Source: Lingula anatina (Eukaryota > Animalia > Brachiopoda). From it: DNA of 64,000 nt. The stretch spans positions 25,858,848 to 25,922,847 of the forward strand of contig CM120643.1 of NCBI GenBank assembly GCA_051362555.1. The letters are read 5' to 3'. The translations under genes were made by a program, and so were the position numbers. The notes beneath the pieces were generated by a model, which saw nothing but the letters and a program-made list of their open reading frames with translations, made no database searches and was not told the DNA's origin. Positions 51,401 through 64,000 of the stretch are shown one piece after another. The stretch's first letter is position 1; each line of letters begins with the position of its first letter.

Positions 51401-54210
51401 ACTTTAGTACGGGATCTATCGCTTCCGTTTTCCCTTTATTTCCATTTTCTGTATCTGAACGTGACATGAAAGGCAGGTATTCTGTACAGGAAGTCTAATA
51501 ATGTGCACTCCACTGTTGCGAGTATGATACTAGGGGGCTTTTTTCAGCTCAATTTTTTCTCCAATAAAAAGCGATCTAGAATCTGAAATACGAACCAACG
51601 TTGATCTTTCTATCAGTAGTTGCATAACCCCCAGAACAAACGCAAAATATGTCACACATGTCCTTTGCATGGCAGGAAAATGAATCAATTAAACAAAAAT
51701 GTAAAACTTGCTGCTGCGCCAAGGCCTTTTCAGGGCCACTTATTGTGTCACCATTTTTATTTTTACAAATATTTTGTTCAAAGAAATGGGAAGTTACCTT
51801 TTGGAAGAAGGAAGAATATATTACAAATTAATGTTCCATAAAGAAAGTTTATTATATAAGTTAGTAATATGTTGTATTTAGTTTTGTCAAACGTGCAGCA
51901 CAATATATATTTTTTGTTTTACTAATTCATATTCACTCTTGCCTTGTAAAGCTCAAGTGAGGTATTTTCCTCTATGCTTTATAACAAAAACACCAAGGGG
52001 TCCGGCAACATCTCCGAAAGTGAAAACATATTTGAACATGGATAAACTGCAGTTTTTAACAATCCCAAGCACACTAAGGCAGTCAAATGCATGAACATTG
52101 TGTTTGAATGCCGCCTAGGCGAACTGCAAATCTGCTTTAATGAGATGCCAATTGATATTTTGACAAGGCGAATTGCCAATCTGCCTGGATTTGAATCTCA
52201 ACTGTGACAAACCTCATAAACGGGAGGCGACCGCAAGGGGAACGAATTACCACATACGTAGAAAACTACACATAGTATCACCTCCTTTTCCACAACACTC
52301 ATCGGCATTGTCATCAGCGTCATCCTTCCATCCTCGCCCGCAGAATCTTATTTTCCCTTCCTCTTTCTATTTTGATCTTGTTAGCATATGCCGTCCATAA
52401 TATCAAGTCCCTGGGCAAAGGTTCTGAAAATATCGGATGTTTCTGATAGGGTGAGTCGAAACTACACGAAGTTCAGGGTATCCTTTCTGTTACAAAGCCT
52501 CGCTTTCTGGTTCTGATTTACACCAACGCCACCCTTGTTTTTGGGGTAACGCAAAGGGAAAAAGTCAGTTATCAAACAGAGCTGTAGTAAGTAAAAGCAG
52601 TTCAGTTCTGTATGAACCGAAAATGATTCTTGGATAAAAATGATCAACTGAGATCTCCTGAATTCGTTTTTGTGTATTAAGTGTTTATTCGCTCGCATTT
52701 CTCAAAAAGAAGCAGCGAGTTTGTGAGGTTGGAAACGATTGAAGGATACTCTGAACAAGACGTCCAAGAGTGTTTGGTATATATTGAGAAAGCAAGAAAA
52801 TGTCAACCAGACAACTGTTTGGTAGTTGAGACTCACTTCATCACTGCCATATCCCCTGTCATCACGTCCTTCATTTACAAAACTCCCATGGAAAATTGGA
52901 CACACATTTTTGCACCACACCTTAATGATTTAAGTACATATACATGTATGTGGAGACTGGGAAATCAAAACTGTTTGCTACAAGTGTACTGTATTTTTCA
53001 CTTTAATTTGGGACATTTTGACACGTTTCGCAAATTTCCACTACGACATTTGAACATGAAGTATACGTCCTTCCTTGATCCAGAACGTAAGTCAGTCATA
53101 TTCATCCGTTTCACATGATGCCATGCCTCAGAAAAAATGAGGCGACATTGAAATAAAATTGCATTAAATTACATGTGAATGGGGCTTTGGCGGGGCTACA
53201 GTAGCTGTATATTTGTCAATATACTAACTTATGTCTGTTTTTCTATCTTTAGCCTTGGAGACACTCACTTGTAACTTCAGCTCCGAAACGTAGCCCCTTG
53301 CACATCGAGGTAAGTGTGTTTTGGTTTTTATTTATATCACGCCCACTATCGTTCTGTAACTGAGTACCTGAATCCCAGTATGGGACGCTTATATATAGAC
53401 TATGATCTCTTAAATGGGAGGGCGTACGCTATGATTGGTAATTAGTTTAGAATTTATCGATTGGATTTTGTGACATCATTTAATATTCAGATGAGAATGA
53501 TTGTGCTTTGGGTAAACTAATTGTGATCAGATATACAGCATATAAAGTTTTGCAACTAAAAGTGTTAGAAAATGTTATACATGTAGTTTTGCAGAATATT
53601 TCTCATGTAAACTGAATCAGAAAACATTTGTAATAAGTCACTACAGCATCTTCTTTAAACATTTTCAAGCAAATGGATAAATGGATATGTATTTAGTCAG
53701 AAAAACATTCTTTGCTTTGATTACCTTCTATTATTTTCCGTGCATTTTGTAACTACCATAGAACGTAGACAGCACACGAATGACCACCACGTTGTTTCTT
53801 CCTGCAAGAGACAGGCAGTATCCCTTGGAATTAAGTTTACCTGTGCTACCAGTTCCGAAATTGCCTCACGAAGCTTATCGTAGATCTATATTTACACATG
53901 TCGATTTGTATATTTGTTAAATGTATCTCAAAGCTGCCAAGTGAAATGCTTGTAAAAAATGATACTTAAACACTCAAAGGAGGATCTGAATATACTGATA
54001 CTTTTCGAGAGATTGTGAACGGTAACATTATATGGTGCAGGTTGAACTTCATTTACGCAAGGGGTACGATCACGTGGCATTAGTCCTATTCCTAATTACC
54101 ATGTCCCCTATCTGTACCCATTTCAGCGGAGCTACGAGCTGCCCCACTCTTTTTTGTCTCCCCGTACCTCCCTCTACAGCTCTTACACGTCACACCGACG
54201 TGTGTTCTAA
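42430..54210 (+). CDS. Uncharacterised Arg/Ser/Tyr-rich, probably disordered protein with repeated RxxS motifs (one possible isoform, about 592 aa)
   Basis: Phase-compatible exons 42430-42469 (MVYFSHYTPDDYS), 44586-44725, 45325-46119, 47197-47316, 48583-48744, 49189-49569, then for example 53253-53309 and 54127-54210 (stop). Motifs RARSLP, RSRSVG, RAPSVPP, RASSVA, RAKSVEP, RASSVPP. No domain recognised. The 3' exon choice is uncertain. Confidence 0.75.
44308..44530. mobile_element. Harbinger-type MITE remnant (GGATAGCGCTATCC family), left terminus eroded
   Basis: TTCATCAACGTTGGATAGCGCTATCC (44308-44333) is inverted relative to GGATAGCACTATCCAACGATAATGAA (44496-44521). The right end is CTGGGCCC followed by AG. 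Confidence 0.6.
47344..47465. mobile_element. Short hAT-like MITE
   Basis: Perfect 14-bp TIRs CAGAGTTGCCAACA / TGTTGGCAACTCTG. No clear TSD. Confidence 0.7.
47780..48078. mobile_element. Degenerate Harbinger-like MITE
   Basis: GGTCCTGTTTCACAAAA ... TTTTGTGACAGGCACC imperfect TIRs, similar in style to the element at 16226. Confidence 0.4.
48334..48470. mobile_element. Palindromic MITE, same family as 5998-6229
   Basis: GCTCATTCCCAATGAAACTGTCGGTTTACGTAGATCGATCCAA ... TTGGATCGCTCTACGTAGCACGACGCTTTCACTGAGAAAGAGCCC, followed by TAA. Confidence 0.65.
51123..51225. mobile_element. Small MITE with AACGTT-rich interior
   Basis: Imperfect TIRs CCTAGCGAACA / TGTTTGCTGGG with internal TAACGTT repeats. 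Confidence 0.55.
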
Positions 54211-54536
54211 AGGTGCGGAATTCAGGTGGTATTTATCAGCTACGACTTGTGACATGCGCAGCACTTCTCCTTCCGGCAGCCATATTTGTGTTCACCAGCT
54301 TGGTCCCATATTTATTATTATTATGATTTATTTCTTGAAATTGGTTCTTTTTTCATTACATTCATATTTAGACTTTTCTTTTATTTTGCTGGCTCGAATA
54401 TGGTTGTCACCTGCACAAGCTAATCCCAAGAAGTTCTCTAGCGCATTATTTTATTTGTGCATTCAGTTAATCAAGACTAAGCGCTCGGCTTGTTGTTGTT
54501 GGCATTTCAATTGTTCTCTCTTGCCATGTTTCACAG

Positions 54537-54721
54537 AAAAGGCTCTTGACCATGACCGAGCCCGATTTCCCTCCCCCATCCCACTTTCGACATTTACGAA
54601 CGATGTTGGGTGAATTACACAACACAATGGATAAGGAGCGTATGCTGATTGACAGATACTTAAAGGAAGACTTGGGACCCGAGACAACTAGTCAAAAGAC
54701 AATGAAATCGGTGTCTTCCAG
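54537..54721 (+). CDS. Candidate alternative 3' coding exon of the RxxS-rich gene
   Basis: TTTCACAG| then an open phase-0 frame KRLLTMTEPDFPPPSHFRHLRTMLGELHNTMDKERMLIDRYLKEDLGPETTSQKTMKSVSS, then |GTAATA. Confidence 0.55.
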
Positions 54722-55564
54722 GTAATAGAAGGCATGGTGTGCCTCACGTGGCGTGCGAGCCTCTTGCCTGCTTAGAGACATGTAGCAGCTTGTCATAATT
54801 CGATGACCTGGTTCCTCATTGTATCGTTTAAAAAAACTTCAAAAAAGAGAAAAAATATCATTTTCTGCACATTTACATTCTATGTTTTCACTTTCTGGAT
54901 AAGCAAGATCAAAATTTATCTATCGACTGAAATTTAAAGATTTTTCATCAGCTGTTCTGCCTTTTGTAGCGTAGCAAATTTTAGTTCGCAAACGTTTTCC
55001 TCTCCAAATTTCAACATCCTACTCCATTCCCTCTCCCCTATGTCTGTCTGTCTCTATTCCCCCTTTCTCTCTCTCTCTGTCTCTGAGATAACCTGTATAA
55101 ATTGCTTAGTCATCACTAGGTTTTCGTTTCGTAGGCTTTCGACGGTCCGCGAATTATTCCAGTATATAAAGTTCACCCCAAAGACCCCCACATTATGGTT
55201 GAGCCATGGCAAGTAGACCTTTAAGGAAACACTGACACTTCAGCATGAGGAGCTGGTGACGATATCGCAGTTTTACACTTTAGACTATAGTGTCAGCTAT
55301 AACGTTTACAAATGTTCAAAACTGCCTAGAAAACATTTGTATAGCTACAGTATCAAAAGCGATACGCGATGGAACACATTTGTTTTATACGCCGTAATTG
55401 CTACAAATTATATATATTATTTTAGACACGTGGTTTTTTCGCAGAACGAAACAAACGCGTCTATGATGATCGACTTTAAGGGTGGTTGCACTTTTACTGA
55501 ACAGCTGAATGACAAACCAATCTTTAAGAGCGATAGCTAACGGAACCAGCTCATCATGATACAG

Positions 55565-55714
55565 CAGAGATGCCAACTTGCGCCCTTTGTTTGTCTTAAA
55601 AGTCTTAAAATCAGTTTGGAGTCGCCATTATTTTGACGTTTGAGAAAAAATGTTTACAACCAAACGACTGATGATTGTTTGAGTTAACATTCATGGAGTG
55701 AGTTGGCATGTCTT
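55565..55714. mobile_element. Short hAT-like MITE
   Basis: Imperfect TIRs CAGAGATGCCAACT / AGTTGGCATGTCT, related to those of 47344-47465. Confidence 0.55.
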
Positions 55715-56643
55715 TGTTTAAAACTGAAGGCGAAACTATTGTAATGAATTATTCACTGAGTGAGACTTTCCCAAATACTAAGCCAAGGTCTAACTGTTGG
55801 AACCAAATTATGGCGAAAAACAATGCAAAAACGAAATAATCTACCTGCTTTGTTAAAAAAAGAATCAAAGTGTTTTTTGCAACTTTGAAAAGACAAATTT
55901 TCAGGCACGTTTTTCTTTTTATTCGTAGTCAATGAGAAGTGATGCTCAGGCGATTATAGATACGCCATTTAGCGGTTCCAACGGGTGGGCTCGAACCATG
56001 GTCTCACTCGGTAAGATAAAACGCGTGTATAAATTTGACTTTCCAATTGAAATTACTACTTAGGTAGAAATTTAAAATAGTTATATGGTGTGTTCATATG
56101 GTACGCTTATATTTGCTTGGCTTAATGTGAAAGCTTTTGAAGAATGCACAGTGGAGTATGTGTAGTGTAAAAGTAACTGTAGCCACGTTAGACCCCACCC
56201 CTATACTGGTCACTCTCACACTCGTGTTGTTGAGCCATATCAGATAGCTGTCAGCTACTGATGTGAGCTGTACGTCGTGGAGTCTTAATTCTAACATCGT
56301 TAATGTTCGGCAATGCTATCGTTTACTACATATGTCACATAATGGACTTGGGGAAAAGATAAATTAACAGTCGCCTTGATGATGGGAATGATTACCGCTT
56401 GAACTTCAGTTTCAGCTAAATGTTTTTTCTTTTCGATTTGTCCACCAAATAAATTATCTTTTATCTTTAGATTTTAAGCGTGTCGGAGTTTTAAAAAACT
56501 TGTTTCGGTAAGCTACGAGCGTAATCTAAATTGAGGAATTTTCTTAGTACTGTAACAACTAGTAATTACTGACATTTTAAAGTTCAATATACGAAAACCC
56601 CTCAAGAAACAACACTCATACGCACAAACACTGCCCCATCTAC

Positions 56644-56645
<2 letters not shown>

Positions 56646-56679
<34 letters not shown>
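56646..56679. repeat. (CA)n microsatellite
   Basis: Read directly; lies about 55 nt upstream of the candidate 19-nt exon 56736-56754. Confidence 0.95.
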
Positions 56680-56680
<1 letters not shown>

Positions 56681-57758
56681 CTTTGTCACAGCTGTCCAGT
56701 TGTGGTATTTGACAAACTACGATCTTCCATTTCAGCGAAAGCCAAGGCAGCTCGGTGAGTTGGAGGGCCTCGCTTGGTTCTGAATACATTTGCAATGTTC
56801 AAGCCGTTCTTACTTATGTTTAACATTGTTTTATTTTCATTTTTTGCTACTCGTTCACTCTTTATGTAATGGCATTCAGAGTACTCAGACTATTTATTGG
56901 AAGTTGTTTTTTGTTATTTTGTGGGAAGACGGGGCCACTTTCTATGCAGTTTCTGTTGTGTAAACACGTTCTTTATTCATCTTATAGCAATTCATTTTTT
57001 CTGCTTTATCTTATATTCTAATTTCGTTTCTTTGAGCATTTTTATTATGCATCGTCCGTTCTCTTGGCGTTCGTTATATTTCAAAGCGTTTTATTTTATA
57101 GATTTAGCATGCGAATAATTTCAAATAAACAGTGTAGTTTATGGACTGGGTAATGTACTATAATCTTGTAGGAAGTTCCCATTTTTTTAGAATCAAAAAT
57201 CTATGCAGTAGTAACGTAGTGACATCTTCTTACTAGCTGCGTCTGTCGGCCATATTGCTTTTTGCAGCGTGGGTTGGGGGTCAAGGCATTTTGACAAACA
57301 TGCCGATCCAAATCTTGACGCGCCTTTCGAACCGCTGATAACCACCCTTTTTTTTGGCCATATCTTTGCTCTGAAGTCTCCCAGTCTCTCCATTTCTTTC
57401 TGTTTCTTCATTTTTGCTTCTACATTTTACTCTTTTCTACCACTTTTCTGCCACTGTGTTTTAAAACAAAGAATTTGTAGTTATGATTTTTGCTATTAAG
57501 CAATGATAACCTGGGTAAAGCATTTTTATATATGAGATATACGATGTGACCGTTTACTTGTTTTACTGTTAATGGTGTAAAGCAAACGAGTGTGGATTCT
57601 TTCAACGTCACTGTTAAGTGTGCTATTACATGTGTAACACCACGTAACACATATATTGTATTATACTCACGCACAACTGCTTGGCAATGTCGAGACCCCG
57701 TCAGTACCGCTCATAGAAGACGATTTCAAAACTAATTGCTCATTCATATATACTGTGC

Positions 57759-57760
<2 letters not shown>

Positions 57761-57826
<66 letters not shown>
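57761..57826. repeat. (AT)n microsatellite
   Basis: Perfect AT run. Confidence 0.95.
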
Positions 57827-57831
<5 letters not shown>

Positions 57832-60800
57832 CATGGTTCGTTAAGAAACCGTCTGCCATGTACTTGATCACAGGCTGGACACTTTTTGCCAAAAGATTAA
57901 ATAAAAAAAGCATAAATCAGGGGACAGTTTTGTAGACTTTTTGCACAATGCGACTTGTGTGAGAAAATACGCATTATTACGCAGTTGTGGCGGATTAGTG
58001 TTTAGCAAGCACATATTGACGTGGGGCTTACCACGCCCCTTATCGTTCTGTGAGCTGCAGTCCTGTAACTAACAGTATATCGACTGTTCTGCAGCTACAT
58101 CCTAGGTAATACGTGTATATGAGCGGTACTGGCGATCTTTTTAACCAAATGCATGAGCCTGTGACCTCACTACCTTCCCTTGCTTTGCACAGTCTGGGCC
58201 GCCTCAAAACAATGGTGTACCCCCCGTCTCTGATACCAGACAAAAGTTGCGAGAACTGATCTGCAGGGGCAAGAACGACCCCCATTACTTCTCAACCTAA
58301 CTGCGACCTCTTTTGTGAATTTTTGCGAGTGATGGACGGTGAGTAAACGTAGTGGTTAGATTTCGTCGAATGAAATACAAATTCTACTTAGATTGCCCCT
58401 TTTAAAAATTATATATTAGTTTTGTCTCTATTTTTTTAGACAACATTAAAACCATTTTGACAATATTCATATTAATTTAGATAAAATTGGTAAAATCAAT
58501 CGCCCAGCAGTAACCAAGAACGCATGGTACCATTTTTAACCTTTCTCTAATTATGAATATTCCTGACCTTGCTGTATGCTTCCCCCACCGTTTCCACGCC
58601 CTATCATTGTTGCACCAGCTTGTCACCAATCTGTATATGGGCTATTTTCAACAATACCCCTCAATCTTCAAACATACCACTATTTATCATGCACTTAACT
58701 TGATTGCTGTGATGCGTGGCTATAACCATACACGCCAATATCGGCACATACATATACGTTTATGTTGGTATAGCATGAGGTATTTCTTTTTGTAGAATGG
58801 GGAACATACTGTTTTAGTCAACTTATTTGTTTTGTGTTTCAAATATACCTCGTAATTGCATTTGAATTGTAAAGGTACTGGCTTTCCAAGTTAGAAAACG
58901 AAATCCTAAATATCAGAATATAAGTTTTTTTTTCTATTTTCAGCAGTAGAACGATGAGCTAGTAGCAGACGATACCACAATTGAAAATTACCCACTTTAC
59001 CGCCGAAAATGAGTGAACACTCATCCAAACAAACAAAGAATAAGAAACTTTAAGCTGAATATTCTCCGCGAGCTGCCGGTGGAGACAGTTGCAATTTATT
59101 CTGGCATTATTATCTAACACTTGTTATGCGACTTCAGCTCATTTCGTAATCAAACGGCCTGAAGCTTTGAACGGTTTGTCATCTGCTCGAATGCTTTATG
59201 GAGTTTTGCCAAGTTTTTGATGCAGTTGACTGCCGCCGACTGAAAGGTTCATGCTGAAACAAGACGCTCCAACGTCTTGGTCACTTGAAAAGAACGAGTT
59301 TAAAAGGTTTAGACGGAAGAAAGCAACGGAACTAAAAATAGAAAATTATTTACAAAAAGCTAGCTTATTTCGTATTCATTTTTCAAATCTCATCGAGCCA
59401 TCAGCTGAGTACACTCATGTTATTTTCTCATATCTATTATCTCATATTATCTCATAATGACGCCGTACCTAAGTAACGTGATAAATTGAAGCTAACGTGG
59501 AAGGTCAGAGTTCGTTCGGAACTTAGTCATTAAGTCAACTAGATCGTCAGCAGATATAAAGAGGGGAACTGAGGCAGAGTAGTGGAACGGACTCGGACTC
59601 AATAAAGCTTCGAAACCCAATCAACCAACAGGGAAAACGACAAACAAACGGACAAAAAAAGATGGCGCGCATCCTAACGCTACTCTGCCTTATTTTCCCA
59701 CCACGAAAACAACGGATGCACAGAAAGGGAAGTTAGCCAAAAGTTACAAACACTGCCAACGGCATTCACACCGCAGACGAACATGTCGATTACGTTTTCT
59801 CAGCAGACGACAACGTGGAGACGCATACGACTGTGGACTGAAATGTACTGTGTTCCTCCCTCTGGATCCCACTCCCGAGGCTGTCTTGTTAATGTTAGTG
59901 TAGACCCAATAGGGTGCTGTGCATGTAGACTCTTCGACTCACAGGGCAAGGACGTTCATAGTTATAAACTGCCGTATATAAGCCACTAGTATTATATTAC
60001 CTTGTAACGTGAATGCGTATTATTAAGGACTTTTGAAAGTCGAGACGCGTGAATACTGAATCGGTACTATGAAGGATTTAAGGTTGGACAGTGCGACTCC
60101 TTTAATGTATCCCGTTGCTTTAATAAAATTTTATAGAAAATGCGTAATTTGTTTGATTTTTCATGCAGGCCGTTTTACGATGCAAGCGTTATATATGAGA
60201 TGGCACGTTTAGCCAAAGGATATAATTGGGCCTATAAAATATTAAAGCCTATCTTCCATGGCTTCCTCAGCCACTTACATAGTTCTTTTAGCATTTATTT
60301 TTGTTTATCAATAAACCAGCGTATCAGATATGGAAACTGATCAACAGTGGAGGTGCAATATTGCAATCATTTGGTTTATTCATTCAATAGAGTTACTGCT
60401 TTGAAACATGGAATCAACTCTTATTTCAATTACGGAAAGTTGTGGTTTTCAATTCAAATACTGACCAATCATACCGTTACATCTCCATATTATATATATA
60501 TCCGCTCGAAACTAGATGTAGACAGAAGGTTTCACATTTCGATACTTAAACTGTTGGCTACCTTTCTGAAATTTTTCATTCGATAATCAAATGACTTATC
60601 TTTCGTAATATGAACGTTTGAAACACCATTAATGCAATAACACCTATGCACATTTTCTATGAGGCAAATGCAATGCATTAGAACCAAACGTGTTGTATAT
60701 TGAAAGCGTTCTTTATCAAAGTGCTATTAAAGCGTTTTATACATTACCGTACCGAGGATTGCAATTGTTTTTTTTTTTATTCTGAGATGCCAATCAAAGC

Positions 60801-62273
60801 TGGAATACGCTTTTTTTAGTTTAGCGTTATTATCATTATAATGCTTTTTTTCCGCAGTATAGTTTGAAAGACAGATTTATAAATTTCTTTTAATTTACAA
60901 CCGTGTTAAAACGGAAACATTCACAAAATATTATAAAACGCACGGTGCACGTGTGACCAAGTTTTGGCATATTTAATACTCAAAAGTTAAACAGCTGAAT
61001 TCCCAAAGTTAAATCTGTCCAGTGGTTCCAGAAAACAAATGCTTGCAGGTAGTGGGGATTTTTTTCTGGTTATATTGTCTGTAACACTGTTTGCAAACAA
61101 AATCAATCAAGTTATAGCATGAAATTCAGTTCCAATTTGATAGAATTTTTAATGAATTGGTCAACCATATTTCAACCTAACGGAGGCGCACATAAATCTC
61201 TTTTTTGACAAAGATATCTTAATAATAAAAATAAGAGTGGTTGAAACAATTATTATTAGATAAAAACAGTCTGTATTCCAACGAGCTTGACCGAAGGTTT
61301 GAAGTATCGTTGTGTCTGCAGTAACGGCGGTGATATGGACATGTACAGGTCATAAAAGCATCAAATTTAAAAGCTGAATAAATTTGTGAAAATTTGAGCT
61401 AAAATTTTGCCTTGATACTCATAACCAGCAGCTGGTGCTCTTTTTTTGTGGCTAATGTTACGTGTAGCTAATATCAGATTAGCGTTACATACACCTGCAC
61501 TTGTATACAATAAACTGACGCCTGCTTGTATAATTTGATATAATTGTTAGATCACAATCAGAACATAATATCTTTCCACAATTGATGTTCTTCATTTATT
61601 GACATTGGCATTATTTTACACGTGCACGTATTAAAATATTACTTTTTTATGTGAAATACTCAAAAATTAATATACATAAACTCTGCTATAAAAATCATAA
61701 AAGTGGGAATGTTGGTCTTTATCTAATACGGTGTGCATTCGTCAGTCCGATTTGCTACATGTTTGTGCAAAATATCTAACGAAGCTCCCGAGGAAATTCG
61801 ACAAAGATACATTTAGTTATATACAGTATATACACCCTCCACCGATATAGATATGAATGAATGTGGTGCAAAATTTGAAAAGTGTTTGTCTTTTCGAGTG
61901 GGTTGTTTATAATTCTTAAGTTAAAATTGGAAATCCAAAGTTGAAATTGGAATGTTCAAACAAAGAGAAAGTTTATACATGTAGGTTAAAGGAGTGTAAG
62001 CGTTATACTAAACAGCTTACATATCACAGAGTTCTTAACTGAGACGTGGAATGGTTCAATGATCGTCGTAGACCTTTAATCAAAATGATATTTTGTTCAA
62101 ACTCAACTGAATATTCAATTCAGTTTCGAATATTGCCTTAGGGGGACAATAAAATATTTAAGAGATTTAAACACCTAAAAAGCAAAATTATATGCAAAAA
62201 TAAAAGTCACAGTGGAGGATTTTTTTACACAAAGCCTGCGGGAGAATGTTATTTCTAGTGAGTAAATATCAAT

Positions 62274-63752
62274 TTAAAGTTTGTGTTCTTCTTCAAAGGC
62301 CTTGTTCGCGTGACCATTTTGTTTCTCTGTAGGTTTGGGCTCTTTTGATTTACAACGCTTACAACAAAGCAGCTTACTAATCGCCCTGTCATAAGGCTGC
62401 AGAGAGTGTAGCCACAAAGGCAGCCAGTCCCAAGTTCTCAGCTTTCTCGGCAAACACCGGGAACATTTTCGTTGACACACATTTATGAGAATGATAAGTA
62501 AGAACAGCAGCAGGAAAGTTCCCCCCACTCCCACCATGACCCACAGACCAGCCAGCGAGAGTCCAAACACTGCCAGCGGCAGGATAAAGTACATGGTTAT
62601 TAAGTAAAACAAGGCAAACCAGCGGTACTTAGCTGTGGTGTTCCCCAGGGTTTTGGCCATCTTTATCGGCACCCTCATAAATGGAATGGGATAAAAAATG
62701 AGAATGCCGCTGATGTTGAAGAAGAGGTGAACGAAGGCGATTTGTAGCCCGCTTTCAAACTTGGACCCGCTGGAGGCCAGAGCGGCGATGAGGCCCGTAC
62801 ATGTGGTGCCGATGTTGGCGCCAAGCGTGAGAGGGTACATACGTTCTATGCTGATGACGCCTATTCCAACGAGGGGTGTCATGGCCGACGTAAAGATGGA
62901 ACTGCTTTGCACCGCAATTGTCATTCCCGCGCCGACCAACAGTGCGACGTACCCGGTTAAAAATGCCAATTTTCCCGGAAAGTCGGCGTTCAGGACCTTC
63001 TTTATGATTCTGGCTATGCTTCCCTTCAGGACAGAATGTAAAAGTTTCACTATCAAGGCCAGACACACGCACAGAATGAGGATGGCAATGATTAACAATA
63101 CAATACCTGCAACAGTCTCGTCCAAATTAAAGTAGGAGAAGAGATACGTGCCTGAAAATAATATTTATGTAAACGTAAATAAACCAATCCATCCATAAAA
63201 CTAGTTATAGGCCTTCATTTAAATTTGTAAATTTACCCGCCGAAGAAATAAAAGCGTATATAGAATAACTGAGAACCTAAATGACGATTGAAACAAGGTG
63301 CAAAATGCATGTACATGTATGTTCATGCACGCCTCAAATTTAGCACAAATAATCGCTGTGAAAATATAATTAGTGTTAAAATGCACATTAAAGTTTGGGT
63401 CCAAGAACATTTTCATTTGCGTTATGACTGGTGAAAATTCATTAAATCTTATGGCGCTTGTTGGTGAAAATGCGCGAGGCTGCGTATGTGTGTGGGTATG
63501 GGGCCCGGGAGAGGGGGGGGGGGGTGCTGGTTTGCAGCAACATATTTATTACATTGCATTGTCACCAAGGTGCATCAGCTACCTGCTGCTTTTAGTTCAT
63601 CTACTTACACCTGCTGACCCCGACTGATTTTTCTTCCAATGTCGTTTGGTTCCACTTATACGACACTCCAGCAGGGGAGGATTCATTGTAGAATGTGTTA
63701 TTTCCAATTAACCCTTTCACGTAGTTAAGCCACGTGGCATTATCTGATTGTG
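62274..63752 (-). CDS. SLC34A2: Type II sodium/phosphate cotransporter (SLC34/NaPi-II family), last two coding exons; 5' part lies outside the window
   Basis: Exon 63609-63752 encodes the extracellular loop with NAT/NNT/NES/NQT sequons. Exon 62274-63151 has the SLC34 signatures VQSSSIFTSAMTPLVGIG, YPLTLGANIGTT, HLFFNISGILIFYP and LGNTTAKYRWFA. The paralog assignment is nominal. Confidence 0.93.
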
Positions 63753-64000
63753 CTGAAACGTAAAGGAATATATTCAATTTGAAGTCAATTGATTCGATTA
63801 AGTCAATATCAATAACTTGGACCCACAGACAAAATAATTTCTAAACAGAAAAAGTCGAGGCTTATTTACTCGTGCCGTTTAATCATACTGGCAGGCCATG
63901 CAACGCTACGCAACGTTATACTGTAGTTTATCACTAGCGGGGCCAGGCCTTTGTGTTAAAGGGGGGTGTGTGTGTTTAACATTGCGTTTTCTTACCCAAT

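Noticed and set aside
54032-54613. 193-aa plus-strand ORF
   Set aside because: It runs through intron-like pyrimidine tracts. The plausible exons inside it (54127-54210, 54537-54721) use other frames.
55970-56015. tRNA-like B-box GGTTCGAGCCC on the minus strand
   Set aside because: There is no A-box or cloverleaf. At most it is a SINE relic.
62755-63135. Alternative-frame and antisense ORFs over the SLC34 exon
   Set aside because: These are shadow ORFs of a GC-richer coding exon.

Overview
AT-rich, intron-rich animal DNA, most likely an invertebrate (the repeat types resemble those described from molluscs, but the taxon cannot be fixed from sequence). Most short ORFs in the track are artefacts, so genes were assembled by hand from GT-AG exons. 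In order: (1) 3' end of a RANBP9/10 gene (+, stop 5022), with a 3.4-kb Helentron-type non-autonomous element carrying a 146-bp satellite array in one intron; (2) a complete 26-exon ATP9A/B P4-ATPase flippase (-, 9994-25889, about 1091 aa, alternative first exon 27145-27170); (3) head-to-head with it, an uncharacterised single-CAP-Gly protein gene (+, 27530-32767, 297 aa); (4) an unidentified Arg/Ser/Tyr-rich gene with repeated RxxS motifs (+, ATG 42430) followed by a long series of candidate alternative 3' exons to about 59012; (5) the last two exons of an SLC34 Na/phosphate cotransporter (-, 62274-63752). Several MITEs and a Harbinger deletion derivative are scattered through the window. The most unusual pattern is that many splice junctions in the three left-hand, CpG-depleted genes have been tandemly duplicated into the flanking intron (units of 20-96 bp, up to about 10 copies), creating arrays of decoy donor and acceptor sites. 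No prokaryotic system (CRISPR, operon) is present.
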